Positions 44,196 through 58,248 of a stretch of 64,000 bases of DNA are shown piece after piece (positions within the stretch are counted from its first letter, which is position 1; each line of letters opens with the position of its first letter). Source of the DNA: the human T2T-CHM13v2.0 reference genome, Homo sapiens; the NCBI RefSeq assembly GCF_009914755.1, contig NC_060936.1. One strand, 5' to 3'. Made by a program: the position numbers and the translations under genes. Under the pieces are notes generated by a model. It ran no database searches and was not told the origin of the DNA. It worked only from the letters and a program-made list of their open reading frames with translations.

Positions 44196-45334
44196 GGAAT
44201 GACTGCAAAACTGCAGATTCTGGAGCTTATCTCAGACCTTTTAGTTGGGAGCACAGGAAGCTGCACTACTCACAAGCATTCCATGTCATGCTTGTATGTG
44301 CTGAAGTGGGAACCACTGATCCAGGTGGCCTGGATAACTGAGCCAAGAGTCTACGTAATATAGGCCATATTTACACTTGGCCTCAGCCAGTGCAGCCTGT
44401 ATTGCTCAACAGAAAATCCCATTCAGCAGGTTTTGATGTGTTAGGAAACGTGCTACATCCGTTACCTATTTTGAATCATTTAATCCTGACAGCAGCCCTG
44501 GGCAATGTAGGTTTTATCACCCCGTTTTATTTTTTTACCAAAGTTAACCAGCTAAGAAATAGAGTGTGGATTCAGATTCAGGGGTGTCTGAACTCATATC
44601 CCATCCACTTTCCACAGCCTCCTGCTGCCTCTCTAACATCATCAAAAAGAAAGAAGTGGGGAAAGATTGTGAGGTCAGAGACGTCTCCTGTAGTAGAGAT
44701 AATTTCCCCTGAGTAAAGCTTCAGTAGCAGTCAGTGAAAAGTGAGCCCTGAGATCAATAGCAGTGGGAAACCCAGCAGAGTGAGCCGTTTGTACTGCCTG
44801 TCTTATGCTGGCTGGGTGTGCACGTGTGCACATGTGATGGAGAGGATGAGGGTCTGCCTGGTTTTCTTGCAATAACTGTCCTTAACCATCATGCGATGCC
44901 TTCTCATTGTCAGAGTTTGAAGTCCACACCCACATGTTTAATCAGCCAGTGTATCCAGATGTTAGATCTGTATTTGGAGTTGTTGTTATGCCTCTTCTGA
45001 TGACTCCACAGGTAAACCACAAGCTGGCAGTTGCTTGAGGGGACAACAGTTCTCTATGCCACAGGTGCACACCTCATTTTACTGCCAACTCAGATTTCTT
45101 TTCCAGACAAATTGCCATAAAAAGGGGGGAAGCACTTAGCCACAAGGATTCTGAGATAGGGAAAAAAACATGACATAAAAAAGAGACAGTGGGTAGCTCA
45201 GCGGGGCAGTATCCACGGGTGGACAGAGCGCTGGGACGCAGTCCAGGCTGTTTTCTCCTAGCTCTGCACTATGACCTGGAGGAGGCGTTTCACTCCTCTG
45301 GTCCTTAAATGATTCAGCTTAAAATAGGAATTGG

Positions 45335-45705
45335 ACCTATTTTATCTAAAGTCAGATTATGTCACTTTCCTACTTGGTGCCCTCCAATGGCTCCTCATTT
45401 CCCTCCGAGGAAAAAAATGCCCAGATCCTGACAGTGGTCTCTTATTCCTACCCTGCGTGCTGTCTGTGAACCATGGAGACCTGCTCCTGCCTCAGGGTCT
45501 CTGTCATCACCGTTCCCTCTGCCTGGGACTTCTTCCCCCAGGTTTCCCACTCCTTTGTCTCCTTCACATCCTTATTCAACATCATTCTGAAGGAGACCTT
45601 CACTGGCCACCTCCCTAGACACAAATGCAAGCACTCCCTGCCCTGCTTAGTTTTCTCCACAGCACTTACCACCAGCTCACATACTCTACCTTGTTTTCTC
45701 TGTTG
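45335..45705 (+). mobile_element. L2 fragment (approximate)
   Basis: 'aagtcagattatgtcact...ctccaatggctcctcatt...cctgcctcagggtct...ttccctctgcctgg'. Confidence 0.65.
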
Positions 45706-46052
45706 ATTTTCATACTGGCAAGACTATTTTGAATGATAAGGGGGAAATGAAAAAACAAACAACTGAAGTTAATCAAATAAAGGAACATGCCTTTTAAAAA
45801 TTAAGCTGCCCATAGGGAAAAAGTAGGAGAAAAAAATAGTAGCAGCTGCAGCTTTGGTAAACCCTGGTGTGTAGTCCTATTTTTCAAAATATTTTGGAAT
45901 AAGGAGGCAGAAATAAAAACAAATTTAGCATGCAAACAAAAAAATAGTTTATTGGGAAGATTACTTGTGCAGCTTTGAGATAGCAGCAAAATATTTTTAT
46001 GACCTTGGCCTGATAATATTCGTTCTAATTTATAAATTGTTCTTTTTGGCAG

Positions 46053-46183
46053 CTGGATCATGAATCTAATTGGGCGATTTCACAGAGTTTCTGGATCAGA
46101 AAAGATAACCCCACGATGGGAACAGGACTACCATCTGCAGCCTATGGGCAAACTGGGATTATTTTATGAATATCTTGAAATGA
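46053..46183 (+). CDS. ANO6: ANO6 exon 16 (131 nt): [43 protein letters not shown]
   Basis: ggcAG acceptor, GTAAGT at 46184; phase 2 to 1; EYLEM Ca2+-binding motif. Confidence 0.96.
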
Positions 46184-46451
46184 GTAAGTTGTTAGTGAAG
46201 TTTTTAGTGATATAAAACATGTTAGAGTATGTTGTGGATACCAAAAGCATCTGTTATTGAGCCATATTAACATTTAGCATATTGAAATGAAGAAGAGTAT
46301 GTTTTTCTCCACTAGATAAAATTATACAATCCAGCTTTCAGATAAGGTGGTCATGTATGTCTTTGTCAATATTTATGTTGTAAAAAGCTAGAAATTTATT
46401 ACTGGGCAATGAAATGGAATATTCATTGAGGTACATCTTTACCATTAATTC

Positions 46452-46750
46452 TTTTTGTTTGTTTTTTTTGAGACAGAGTCTCACTCTGTAGCCCAGGCTG
46501 GAGTGTGGTGGTACAATCGTGGCTCACTGCAACCTCCACCTCCCAGGTTCAAGCAATTCTCCTGCCTCAGCCTCCTGAGTAGCCGGGATTACAGGCATGC
46601 GCCACCACACCCAGCTTATTTTTGGACTTTTAGTACTGACAGGGTTTCACCATGTTGTCCAGGCTAGTCTCAAACTCCTGGGCTCAAATGATCCACCCAC
46701 CTTAGCCTTCCAAAGTGCTGGGATTACACGCATAAGCCACTGGGCCCGGC
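46452..46750 (-). mobile_element. Alu (J/S), antisense
   Basis: Reverse Alu; TSD catctttaccaNNaattctt. Confidence 0.93.
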
Positions 46751-49386
46751 CATCTTTACCACGAATTCTTAAAGCATTCTAATCATGTTGTCTGAGAATG
46801 AACTCAGCAACTGTAATTAGATGTGATTCAGCTTGGCCTGGAGTCCGTGCAGGCACAGCTGTTGGCCGATACAGTTCTGAACTGAGTCAGTTAAGCAAGC
46901 CTGCAGGAGCATGCAGCTTCGTGGCAGGAATGGTCCCGGGATGCCCACTTTCACATCTCATGCCTGCCTTTGACAGCCTATTTCTTCTGGCCAGTGGTTT
47001 CTGCCTGGTTCCTTGAGTGACTTCATGGCTCATAACTGGCCTGAATTTGGAACCATTGTGCTGGTCTGGAATTAAGATTTAGCACAGGTCCTCTCTTTCC
47101 TAAATGCCTTGGTCCATTTTTATATTATTTGCTTGGACTCTTAATTCTTTTCAGTAGAACTTGATTTTGACCTCTCAGTTGCCTTTAAACGGAAGCATCT
47201 CAAAATAGATTTCCATAGGAAACACCACCTTTTGTATTATGCATGACACGCTTATATCTAATAGATGGCTAACAATTTACATGGTTTTTATCTGTGCCCT
47301 TTCAGCTAACCATTGCATTCAATTACAGTTTTTTTTAAGCTTAGGAGAATAGAAAAAGAAACACATCATTTTTGTTGACAGGCTTTGCATTTATGCACAG
47401 GGCTTTGCATGTTGGCAAAGACACCCCTTTGTGGTTCCTGTTTACAAGTCTGCAGTTAGAAGGTGGTTTTTATTAAATCACATTCTATATATAAAATAAT
47501 TGCTTTTAAAAATATACATTATACATGGAAACACATCTGCTTCCTTCAATGAGTAAAAGGTTCATCTTGTGGCTTCTTTAGTCAACAGTACTTTGCAGCA
47601 GCCTGGAGCCTGTTTTGAATTTCATTTTTGCTTTGTTATGTTTTGTGACCAGGTTTTATTAAGGGTGTAGCTGCAGTACATATGTAGAAGCTGTCCTTAG
47701 TTAGTTATTATTCTGCTGATTTTCAGAAGGACTGTAAGACAATTACCTGTTGTTCAAAAATGAGTCATAATTGTAAATATTTCTTATTGGAACTATTAAC
47801 AGCATTTTTAAAAATCCTGGGGCAGAATGTCATTTATTATTTTTAAAAAGTTATTTTTCTGTAGTTGATTAGTCAAATAAATGACATCAGAAGGGAAAGT
47901 TATATGGTCATGTGCTTTGGGGAGAAGTTGATAGGACTTTTAGAGTTTCATAGGCTCTTTAAAATAGTTATCAACCAAATAATTCTGCCTCATCCTGCCC
48001 TACAAGAAAGTATAGAATAACAGCTGTTATAGACAGATTTTTAGGTTTATTAGGTTGTTTTCCTGTTATCTAAATAGTATCTAATGACTTAGAAAACTTG
48101 ATTTCTGAATTTCTGGGAGTAGGCAGTCTGTCACTGTGTGGGCAACAGGAGAGTGAAATCTGTGTTTTGTCCTTCTAGTCTGTGAGAGACATAATTTCCA
48201 AGTGCCTTTTGAATTGTTTTCATTTCCCTAGAAATAAACATTGAGTGCCTTTGGTATTGGTCTCACCACCACACAGTCCCCTCCTTCCCATTTCCCCATA
48301 TTCCTTAACAACACCACCATCTACCTTTTAAATTGTGGCTCTAACTGCTTAAGGGAAACATCTTCCGGAAAGCAAGCCTCCAGGCTTGCTTGGCCTTGCA
48401 CCCAGGCTCAACTCTCTTTCCTTCTTTCCTACCTGACAAGTCCTGCTGAGCCTCAGCTGGGCCCCTGAACTTTTCAGACAGCTTTGCTGCTCTTTTCTTC
48501 TAGGTGTTAGCAGCACCTGCTGCCTGCCGTGGTGGTATACGCTCTGTGCCTGCCTCTCTCCCCATTGCACCGAGCCCGATGGAGGCAGCTACTGCGTCCT
48601 CTGCTAGAGCGCCAGTGCCTGGAACCTTATACTCATAAACATTTAAGCAACTTGAACTTGGAGCTCCAACACACATATAAAACTGTTAGTTGATTTCACA
48701 TTAACATCCTTCACCCACTTCTCACCAAGTTCTGTATGACCTGTTTGAGTGAAACGTTTTTTATTTAGTGAATTTCCCACCATCCTTTGAGATTATTGGA
48801 GTAACTCTGAGCTGTTAACCCAAATTGCTTCTCTAAGAGTGTTCCTGACTCCAAGTACACAGACACAGAACATAATAAACGTAGTTGTCTGTATTCAAAC
48901 CTGGAAGCCATAAATACTGTTTTGTACTCAGTAATGTACTGCAGACACAGGTGTCCTGAGAACTTGATGAGGCCTTCCTGGTGGGCAAGTGCCATAAACA
49001 GAGTGCACTGAAGTGATGAGTGGGCCCTGTTTGTCTCTGGCACTGCCTCTTCCACCCTTGCCGTGGTACCTTGATCTCACTTTCATCTGTCTCCAAGTTA
49101 ATTTTTTAAAATCTGCTAAAACAATGACCTTCATATATGATTTTCTCCATGTAATGAAGATCAGCTATTCTTCAGCAGCTCCTCGTACCCCTTTCTTTTT
49201 CTTCCTCCTATGCTGAACCCACCGATGCCTCTGCTGCACTCTCCAGGACTCAGGCCTTCTTCCCTTCATGCTCTCATCTCTGCTTGGTTCGAGCCCATCA
49301 CCTGCCATGAAGTCTCCTAACCTTTGCAGGATGAGCTTTCCAAAAGGGCAACTAGGTAATTGGGAGGATTTGCAGTCCTCCAGCTC

Positions 49387-50450
49387 TTCATTTGTTCATT
49401 CATTCATTCACTCATTCATCCATTAAACATTTATTAAGCACTTGCTGTGCCAAACACTCTCAGTTGCTGGGGATACCAGGGCACTTGGTCCCTCCCCTCA
49501 CGGAGCTCAGCGCTTGGTGCATGGTTAAGGAGAATGCTAATCAGACTTCCTTGAGCAGGTGATATTTGAACTGGATTTTGAAGGGTGAATGGAAGTTAGT
49601 TATCTAAAGTATGGTGAAGAGAATGGACATTTTGTGTGGAGAGGTGGACATATTTAAAAGTACAATAGCTTGATCAAAGAATGGCAAGTGAACAAAGGAC
49701 TCACAGGTGGGAATATCAGGTAGGCAGGGGCCATATCATGATGGGTCTGGTGTGCTTAGCCTGAGGACTTGAACTTTATTCTTAAAGAAATTAGGATCCA
49801 CTGGAATATTTGTAAACAAGATAACTGCATAACATTTATGTGGAATAAGATCAATCACGCAGCAGAATGGAAGATAATATTTTGGATGAGATTCGTGGTG
49901 GGAGGGAGATGATTTAGGAGGCTACAGCAGGTAACCCAGACAACAAGTGATAGGTGCCTAAATAGTGGGCATAGGAGTAGAGAGAGGGAGATGGATTTGG
50001 TAAGTGTTAAAGCGGTGAATTGCATAGCAGATGAGGAATAAAATTAAGATAACTTCCAGGAGACCATATATGCAGGGCAGAACATAAGGAGAGGAGCTGT
50101 TCTCTAGGAAATGCCTAAGTGTTGGATATTTTTAGCATGAAAACATCTGAAAGGCAATGTCCATTAGAAAGTTGGACACAACAGTCAGGAGCTCAGAGGA
50201 GCCATGGGTGAGGCCACGAGGGTGAATCAGGCATGCCTAGCAGGAATATCAAGAGAGATGGACAGAGAATTGATGATGAGGCCCGGGGGTAAAGGGACAT
50301 TTGAAGAGTGAAGAGTGAGGGAGGCTCACAAAGAAAAAGAAGAGCAGAGCAGTGGGAAGAAGTCTAGCAGAGTTGTGTCAACACAGAGAAGGCTTGGGAG
50401 ATGATAACGTTGCTTCAGAGGAATTTGGACATGATGGAAAAGGGGCATAA
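49387..50450 (-). mobile_element. L2 LINE, antisense (approximate)
   Basis: (TTCA)n tail plus 'aaacatttattaagcacttgctgtgcc' followed by a purine-rich body. Confidence 0.7.
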
Positions 50451-51457
50451 TGGGAAATACAGAGGGGGAAGAAAGGAAGAGCCAGCACCTACACAAGTCC
50501 TAATTGCTAGACCTGGGTTGGGAAGTGGAAGCAGTGCTATAGCTAGGTAGGGCTTTTTTAGTTTTTTTGTTTTTCAATATATATTTTGACTTTTTAAAAC
50601 TAAGTAAAAAAGAAATCAAGGGGAAACAAATATTCCACAGCAGGGGGACTGTTTGACCATGTCACATAAATCTTGGCCGTACATTTCTTATGGCCATGTT
50701 ACAAGAAATCACAAAAATCAGGACTGAAAAGGAACATCAGCTTATGAACATGCAGCCACTGGCAAAGTTAGCAAGAGTAGGTCCAGTGCAGTGGTGAGGG
50801 TCTCAGCAGGATGCGGGGCTTCAGGGAGTAGTTACTCTACCACTTGTTGTGAAGGTGGACACTTCCTTCAGAAAACTCAACTGTAACATGTAGAAGCAAG
50901 CAGAGAAAGCATTAGAGAGCAGTATAGGATTATGAAAAAGTTGCAGGCAAGGGTTGTTTTTTTTTCAGTGGGTGTTTTGCGTTGACTTTTTGTTGTTGTT
51001 ATTCTTGGTTTCAAAAGTTGCTTATAAAATTTTTCTCACTTGAATATCAGAACAAATTATATGGGCTTTTTCTGGTGTTTTATTTTTAATATAATATTTT
51101 TAATCCATCTGGAATTTATTTTGGTGTCAGAAGTGATGGCCCCATACCAATTTTTCCCATGACTTAGCTAGCTGTGTCAATACTTGCATCCACTGCTTCA
51201 AAGTATCACTTTATAATATATAAAAACCCATGAATATTTGCATCTCCTCTTAAAATTCACCCTGGTTAATTCATACTATCTATTCATATACTAGTTCTAA
51301 ACTGTTTCAATTACCATAGCATTATAATACACTCAATATCTCCCAGAGCTATCCCATTTTATTTTTTCACAATGTTCCCAATACTGTCTATGCAAACATC
51401 CCTGTTCATTATTTTACCTGTTTATATTTCTTGAAGAACTTTAGTATCACTTTTCAG

Positions 51458-51753
51458 CTTTTCTTTTCTTTCTTTGAAAGACAGGGTCTCGCCCTGTTGC
51501 CCAGGCTGGAGTGCAGTGGCACAATCCCGGCTCACTGCAACCTCCGCCTCCTCATCTAAAGCAATCCTCCCACCTCATCCTCCTGGGTAGCTGAGACTAC
51601 AGGCTCGTACCACCATGCCCAGCTAATTTTTGTATTTTTTGTAGAGACAGGGTATGTTGCCTAGGCTGGTCTCAAACTCCTGGGCTCAAATAATCCTCCC
51701 GCCTCAGCCTCCCAAAGTGCTGGGATTACAGAGATTAGCTGCCATGCCTGGCT
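51458..51753 (-). mobile_element. AluJ-like, antisense
   Basis: Reverse Alu with 'gggctcaaataatcctcccgcctcagcc'. Confidence 0.9.
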
Positions 51754-53394
51754 GACCTGTCAGCTTTTTTTTCTTAAATCCATTTGGGATTACTAACAGA
51801 ATTTACATTAGAATTCTAAATTATTTTGTGGAAAAAAAATTTGATATGTCCCTGAATTCAAGTTTGCCCAATCAAGAGTTTGGCACATCCTACCACTCAT
51901 TCATTCATCATTATTTGTTTTTTCTTAAGTCAATTATCATAGTGGTCTTAGTTTTCTCATTAATTTATTTCTAAATAGTTTATGCTTTTGTTGTCATTAT
52001 AAATGGTATCTTTTCTCTTTTGGATTTTTAACAAGGTTTACTGATAACATAATCCTAATCTCTGGCTTCTCTTGAACAATCAGGAGATCTGGCAACATGG
52101 AGCCCTCATTCCAACATGGCAACTATGAGCTGTCCCTTTCCATAGGACACACGCTTGCTAGTTTACCACAGTTGACGGGCTGACTCCACACATGGCTATT
52201 ACTTGCATGCCCTGCGGGCTGATGAGTTATTTAGGGTTGGGTGAGTCATAGGGAAGTTGACATCACTGCTTATTGCTGCTGCTCATGACTCTGTAGCATC
52301 ACCAACTCTGGTCCTTGCCTGGCTGACTTCTCTGCATGAGTGTTCCTGCCTGGCCTGTGGGACTTACTGGATCCTTCTAGCCCTGTCTGCTCTTCTGCAA
52401 CATGCCCTTTGGCTCTCTGACCAGAAGCAAATGCCAGCTCTGCTTGCCTCGCCACACCCTCCACAGCCTTGCCCTTCCTGACAGAGTCATCCCTGCCCCT
52501 TGTCTGAGCATGAGGCCTAATGGAACTCTATGTTTTCCTCCCATCCACAGTTTTAGTTACATATCTGTAGATGTTTCCTCTGAAGGTCTGCCAGTTAGGA
52601 GGGCAGGGTCTAAAACTTGAGGATATTTTCTTACTTCTTCCTCTCCGTGGTATCACTTACCCCAAAATCTCTGCTGCCCCATTTTTAATAAGGCCGTGTC
52701 AATTACAAACAAGGAGAAAAGAACTTCTAAGCCACCACTCAAATTTTGACTTATTATGACCACAAGGACTGCAACTAACTTCAAGATTCTTAAGGAAGGA
52801 TATTATAATTTATTAAGACACTTTTATCACATATATTTCTGTGATTTCTATTACTGTCAAATTCTCTGAATGCACTGCATTTGCATTTGCAGACTCAGGG
52901 GAGCTCACTCATTTGCTTGTTCTCAGCATATTTCTTCTAACGTTCTCTAAGTATAGCCTTCCCATGGGTCCATTTCTTTTTGTCTTTAACTTGTTAGATA
53001 ATGCCACAATATTTCTTTTTTCTTAAAAAAAAAATCCTAAACCACAAATCTTCTTTCAACATTCTATTTCAACACTGAGAATGAATAATATGCTTATGAT
53101 GTCTCAAGTTTATTACCAGCGAATAATTCTGGTTGACTAAAGATGTCTAAATATATTGTTCCTATTAAGTGTATACATGTGAAAGAAACAGGCTATAATT
53201 AATCTTCTTTCCAGAGATTTTATATTTGTGTTTTGTTTGAATTCTTTCACTGTTGAACACTAAATTATTATTTACCACAGATGTGTTTTCTCTCTGGGAT
53301 TTAGTTCGTTTGCCTTTCTCTTTCAAGAGTAAAGGAAAATATGTTGTCCTTCCATCCACCACCACTCCATGATGTGTGTCCATTCCATTGACAG

Positions 53395-53600
53395 TTATTC
53401 AGTTTGGGTTCGTCACCTTATTTGTGGCCTCTTTTCCACTGGCCCCTCTGTTGGCTCTCGTGAACAATATATTGGAAATAAGAGTGGACGCATGGAAACT
53501 GACCACCCAGTTTAGACGCCTGGTACCAGAGAAAGCCCAAGACATTGGAGCATGGCAGCCCATCATGCAAGGAATAGCAATTCTGGCTGTGGTGACCAAT
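53395..53600 (+). CDS. ANO6: ANO6 exon 17 (206 nt): [34 protein letters not shown]...ILAVVTN
   Basis: gacAG acceptor, GTGAGT at 53601; phase 1 to 0; EIRxD Ca2+-binding motif. Confidence 0.97.
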
Positions 53601-54544
53601 GTGAGTAGACCTAAGCTTTACAGAGTAAAGACCTTGAAGATGCATTAGATTTGCTACCTAAGGAATCAAATGTTTAGTGTTTTTTAAAATGAGAGGAAGA
53701 TGCTAAGTCTGTCATCCACATAAATGATATAGTTGCTATATATAACCACTTGTTAAATGTATTTTCATTTTGTATATAATTATTTTTAACTGTCAAGACC
53801 TCCTATACAGGTACTGTTATTGCTCATTTGCTAAAGTTTTTATTCAGTATGAAATATGGTAATGATAAGAAGTACTAACACTTTTAATCCTCACATAACT
53901 ATAAAAGGAGTTATCAGAAAATGTTTTTTTTATAATGTGGGTAGAAATCTGTTCATTTAGAGTTTGAGGGCCCTAAAATAAGATCATTCTACCATATTTT
54001 ACTACTACATATTCCAAAGCATCACCCTAAAATATTGACTCTGATGGTGAAGTATAAACACTTTGTGCACTCCTAATTACCTTCCTTGACTCCAGAGCAG
54101 CAGCTCTTAAAGGAGGAAGGTGGGTGGGTTTCATCACCCTTCCCACCCCACCCTTAGGTCTTTGCTCACCATGCTTTGGTCATTGGCTGAAGCAGCCTCA
54201 TGCCCTGTATGTATCCCAGCTGTGAGGGGACAGAACTCAGTTGTTTACAGCCTGTATTCATTGATTATGGGCCATCTGAACAGTGTCATTTTTATGTACA
54301 GGCACACAGGAAGTTCTCAGGCAATGCAATTTTCATGCCAGCCCATTAGAGGACCACCTTCCCAAGAAGTATCCCAAAACTAGGGCCATTTCCTCCCATA
54401 TTTCACTGACAGTCTCACTCCCAGGTGAACCTCCCTAACAAAGTGATTCCCCAGTTTTGTTTTCTTAAGCCACATCTTCCCTGAGTCCCCAGCCAAAACA
54501 ACAGAAGTTGGCAGTGCCTGTAGTTTAGGCTCTGGATGAGGGAA

Positions 54545-54790
54545 GTTACTGAGCACTGTAGGCTCTAGAGTCAGGTAGACCCGAACTCCACTTCCCAGCA
54601 CTGTAGCTCTGAGCTGCATGATCTTGAGCCAGGCCTTACCACTCCAGAGCCCTATTTTATTATTTGTAAAATTATTAATTCCCTACCACATATCATAAGA
54701 ATAGTACATACCAACCACAGTGTTAGGGAATTCATTGAGTTAATGCATGAAGCCTCGTTTCTATTGAATGTTAGCTGCTGTTATTTTATC
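54545..54790 (+). mobile_element. MIR SINE (approximate)
   Basis: 'ggctctagagtcaggtagacc...atgatcttgagcc...tgagttaatgcatgaagc'. Confidence 0.6.
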
Positions 54791-57035
54791 ATCTTCATTA
54801 CTCATCATTGTTATTAACAGTAACGCTGTGAGGACTCTGACAGGTACCCCAATTGGAGGCACAGGAATTCCAAAAGCAACCACTGTCTGGACAATGGTTA
54901 CAGTTTTATACAATAAAACAAGTTATCTGGAACCTAGCTGTCATCCCTACCCCAGAACCGTACATTTATCTGAATTGCATGCTATCTGTACTATTTGGAG
55001 AAAGTTGCAAATCGCACACAAAAACCAACTACTGGGGTATGTCAGTTTCCTTTCACCCAGGTACCCCACACCTTCAACATCTACTGTGCTGCAAAATGAA
55101 GACTGCTGTTTAGAAAAATGGCAGTGAGGCCTTTCAAGTTCCTCAGTCATAAAACAATGAACATGACAGCACGTTCAATATGCTCTAGTACACTAAGCTG
55201 GACAAGAACATGGACTTGTGTGCTTTAAGAAAATTTTCAGCAACAAAGTTTGAAACTAAAAGGGTTTTTATTTTACCTTCAACTAACCAGAAAATTCAGT
55301 TGACTCAAACTCTCCCTATTCCTCAAGCATTCTAGATTGATTGTATTAGGTACCTTTTCCCAGCATCCATGCCATGGCTCTACTCCATGAGCACAGATGG
55401 AGGATTGGCTGTTTCCAAGGCGACTCAGTGTGTGTATGTGTACAGACATTCACTCTGGCTAATTGGTGCTATTGGTTCTTATCCAATAATGGCTTTTTCT
55501 TATCACTTAACCTAGGAAAACTGCTTATTAGATTTGTGACATTGATTAAACTATGGGCAATCCCTTTTTCCATATTAGGATTTGTTATACTTCCAAGATG
55601 GCAGTTATACATCCACATACATAGACATCTATGTTTATATGTGTGCTTGTGCAAGCATTAAATGTGTGTCTTATTCCCTCAAACACCCAGTGTGTATCTC
55701 ACAACCTACTGTCTACAAAAAGAGAATAACCACCAGGATGAGAGTGGGCATCAAGCAGGAATTTGGTATAAAATCATTCATTTTAAAGCTGCTGGTTCAA
55801 TAAATAAGCTGAATTGACATTGTTGTATCATGCCAGAGCATCTGTTATTGAAGACCAATTTTAATTTATTTTTATATAAATGGAAAACTGTGTGCAGAAC
55901 AGCATGGGAAATGAAACACACTGCATTTATTTGTGCTCTTGCAGCATGTCTCTCAGAGCAGCTCAATTCAGGAAGAAAAGTATCTTGTCAGAAGACAATA
56001 GAATTATCTTCCTTGTTGGAATTTTTTGTAGCTTCTGATGCACATCTGCCAGTGATTCTATAAAAAGATATAGTTGAGTTAAATGATAATAGCAAAATTT
56101 AATCTATTGAAATCTGAGGGAAAAAAGGTAAAATATTCGTGTGGCTCCCCAGTACTGACAGGCAGAAACACACTCATATGTATATGTACATTTTTCACAT
56201 CAGAGGAAATGACAAAGCTGGTTCTAGTGAGGGAAATTTTGTAATAGAAAAGCCCCCTAATTGTTTTTTCTTGCTTTGCCTGAGATTTGGTTTGTGGTCT
56301 CACTATGCCTAAACCATATGTTCAGATGAATACTATTAAAAATCATGTTAAGCCAAAAACATGTCTACTTTTCTGCTTCATCAATGACAATCATTTAGCT
56401 GTTTTATTCACATAGAATTTGGTTTAAAGTAAAAATCCTTTCTCCTTCCTTCCAACCAGTTTTACACACTGGAGAGTTTAAAGCCCAAATTAAAGAATTT
56501 TAGAGAAAATTCATATAATTCAGAATAGCTTTACCTCCTAATAGATGTCTCTCTGATACACAGGTTTATGATTGGCCCATATTTACTCCTTTTATCTAGG
56601 AACATACTAAATTTTCTGTATGTTGTTGTTCAACTTATAATTTTCATAACTTCATCCACTTAATCTTTTTGAAGTTTAGAGACTTAGATACTAGATCAGA
56701 CTAAACAGACATTATTGTTTGACTATGAATGGGACAACCCCAATATAATTCTACTACCCAAATTTTGTTAAAATTAATAAATGCTCACACTCTATAATGA
56801 AGCAACAAACATAACCATGTACTGAGAGTTTAAAACAAATCAGGTCATGGTTTGACTTGTGTAAACAAGTCATAATACTATACAGGAAAAAAGTGAACTT
56901 AGAGGTCATTATTTAAATTTAGATCAAGGAAAACATGCAGTTTACCTTCTGTGTTTATGAAAAGAGCTAAATCAATTATATAAAGCTCAATTATTTTCAT
57001 AATGTTGACTCTGATTACATGTGCAAGTCTTCTAG

Positions 57036-57300
57036 GCTGAGATCAGTGGCTCGTACCTATAATCCCAGCACTTGGAGAGGCTGAGAGGATTGCTTGAGGC
57101 CAGGAGTTCCAGACTAGGCTAGACAACATAGTAAGACCCTATCTCTACAAAAAATGTTTAAAGATTAGCCAGGCATGGTGGAGTGTACCTGTAATTCTAG
57201 CTACTCAGGAGGATCACTTGAACCAAGGAGTTCGAGGTTACAGTGAGCTGTGATCATGCCAGTGCACTCCAGCCTGGGCAACAGAGCAAGATCTTATCTC
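57036..57300 (+). mobile_element. AluJ-like, with internal deletions, no A tail
   Basis: 'ggattgcttgaggccaggagttc...gagttcgaggttacagtgagctgtgatc'. Confidence 0.85.
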
Positions 57301-57424
57301 ACTATCTGCATATATTTTGCAGTTAAGAAAAAATTAAGATTTCTGAATCTTTAAAAAAAATTGACACGATGAAAATAGTAATTCTGGCATATTTGTTAAC
57401 CTGACCTATACAAACTATAACTTC

Positions 57425-57735
<311 letters not shown>

Positions 57736-57766
57736 TCATTTTCGCTTTGTTTTTCTCCCAAAATAG

Positions 57767-57969
57767 GCCATGATCATAGCTTTCACGTCGGACATGATCC
57801 CCCGCCTAGTGTACTACTGGTCCTTCTCCGTCCCTCCCTACGGGGACCACACTTCCTACACCATGGAAGGGTACATCAACAACACTCTCTCCATCTTCAA
57901 AGTCGCAGACTTCAAAAACAAAAGCAAGGGAAACCCGTACTCTGACCTGGGTAACCATACCACATGCAG
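57767..57969 (+). CDS. ANO6: ANO6 exon 18 (203 nt): AMIIAFTSDMIPRLVYYWSFSVPPYGDHTSYTMEGYINNTLS...GNHTTCR; GC donor
   Basis: aatAG acceptor; the end that rebuilds the conserved C-R-Y-R-D motif with exon 19 is CAG|GCAAGT at 57969/57970; phase 0 to 2. Confidence 0.92.
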
Positions 57970-58208
57970 GCAAGTTCTGCTTTACTTGTTTAAAAATGCA
58001 CTTCATCTTTAAAAGGGTTTTTCTTGTGACTTAATTCTGTTTGGTGTCATTTTTAAAATTTTTATTTCTTTATAACTTCAGGATCAATCAGGTGCTTTGG
58101 TGTCATTTAAATCAAGCTGCTAGAGACATTTTTTCCCCATAGCTTTCTCTTGAGTGAAACTCAGAAAATGTATATATATGTATATTTATTAAAAAGTTAA
58201 TGAAGACT

Positions 58209-58248
58209 AGGGGTAAAACTTTCAGACCAGGGGTAAAACTTTCAGACC
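58209..58248. repeat. 20-bp perfect tandem duplication AGGGGTAAAACTTTCAGACC
   Basis: Two adjacent identical copies. Confidence 0.9.

Noticed and set aside
53399-53645. Antisense ORFs over exons 17-19
   Set aside because: Shadow ORFs of the coding strand with no independent support.
54768-55127. 119-aa ORF with hydrophobic N-terminus
   Set aside because: Begins in a MIR tail at ATG-poor AT-rich sequence; no homology recognised and no splice or promoter support.
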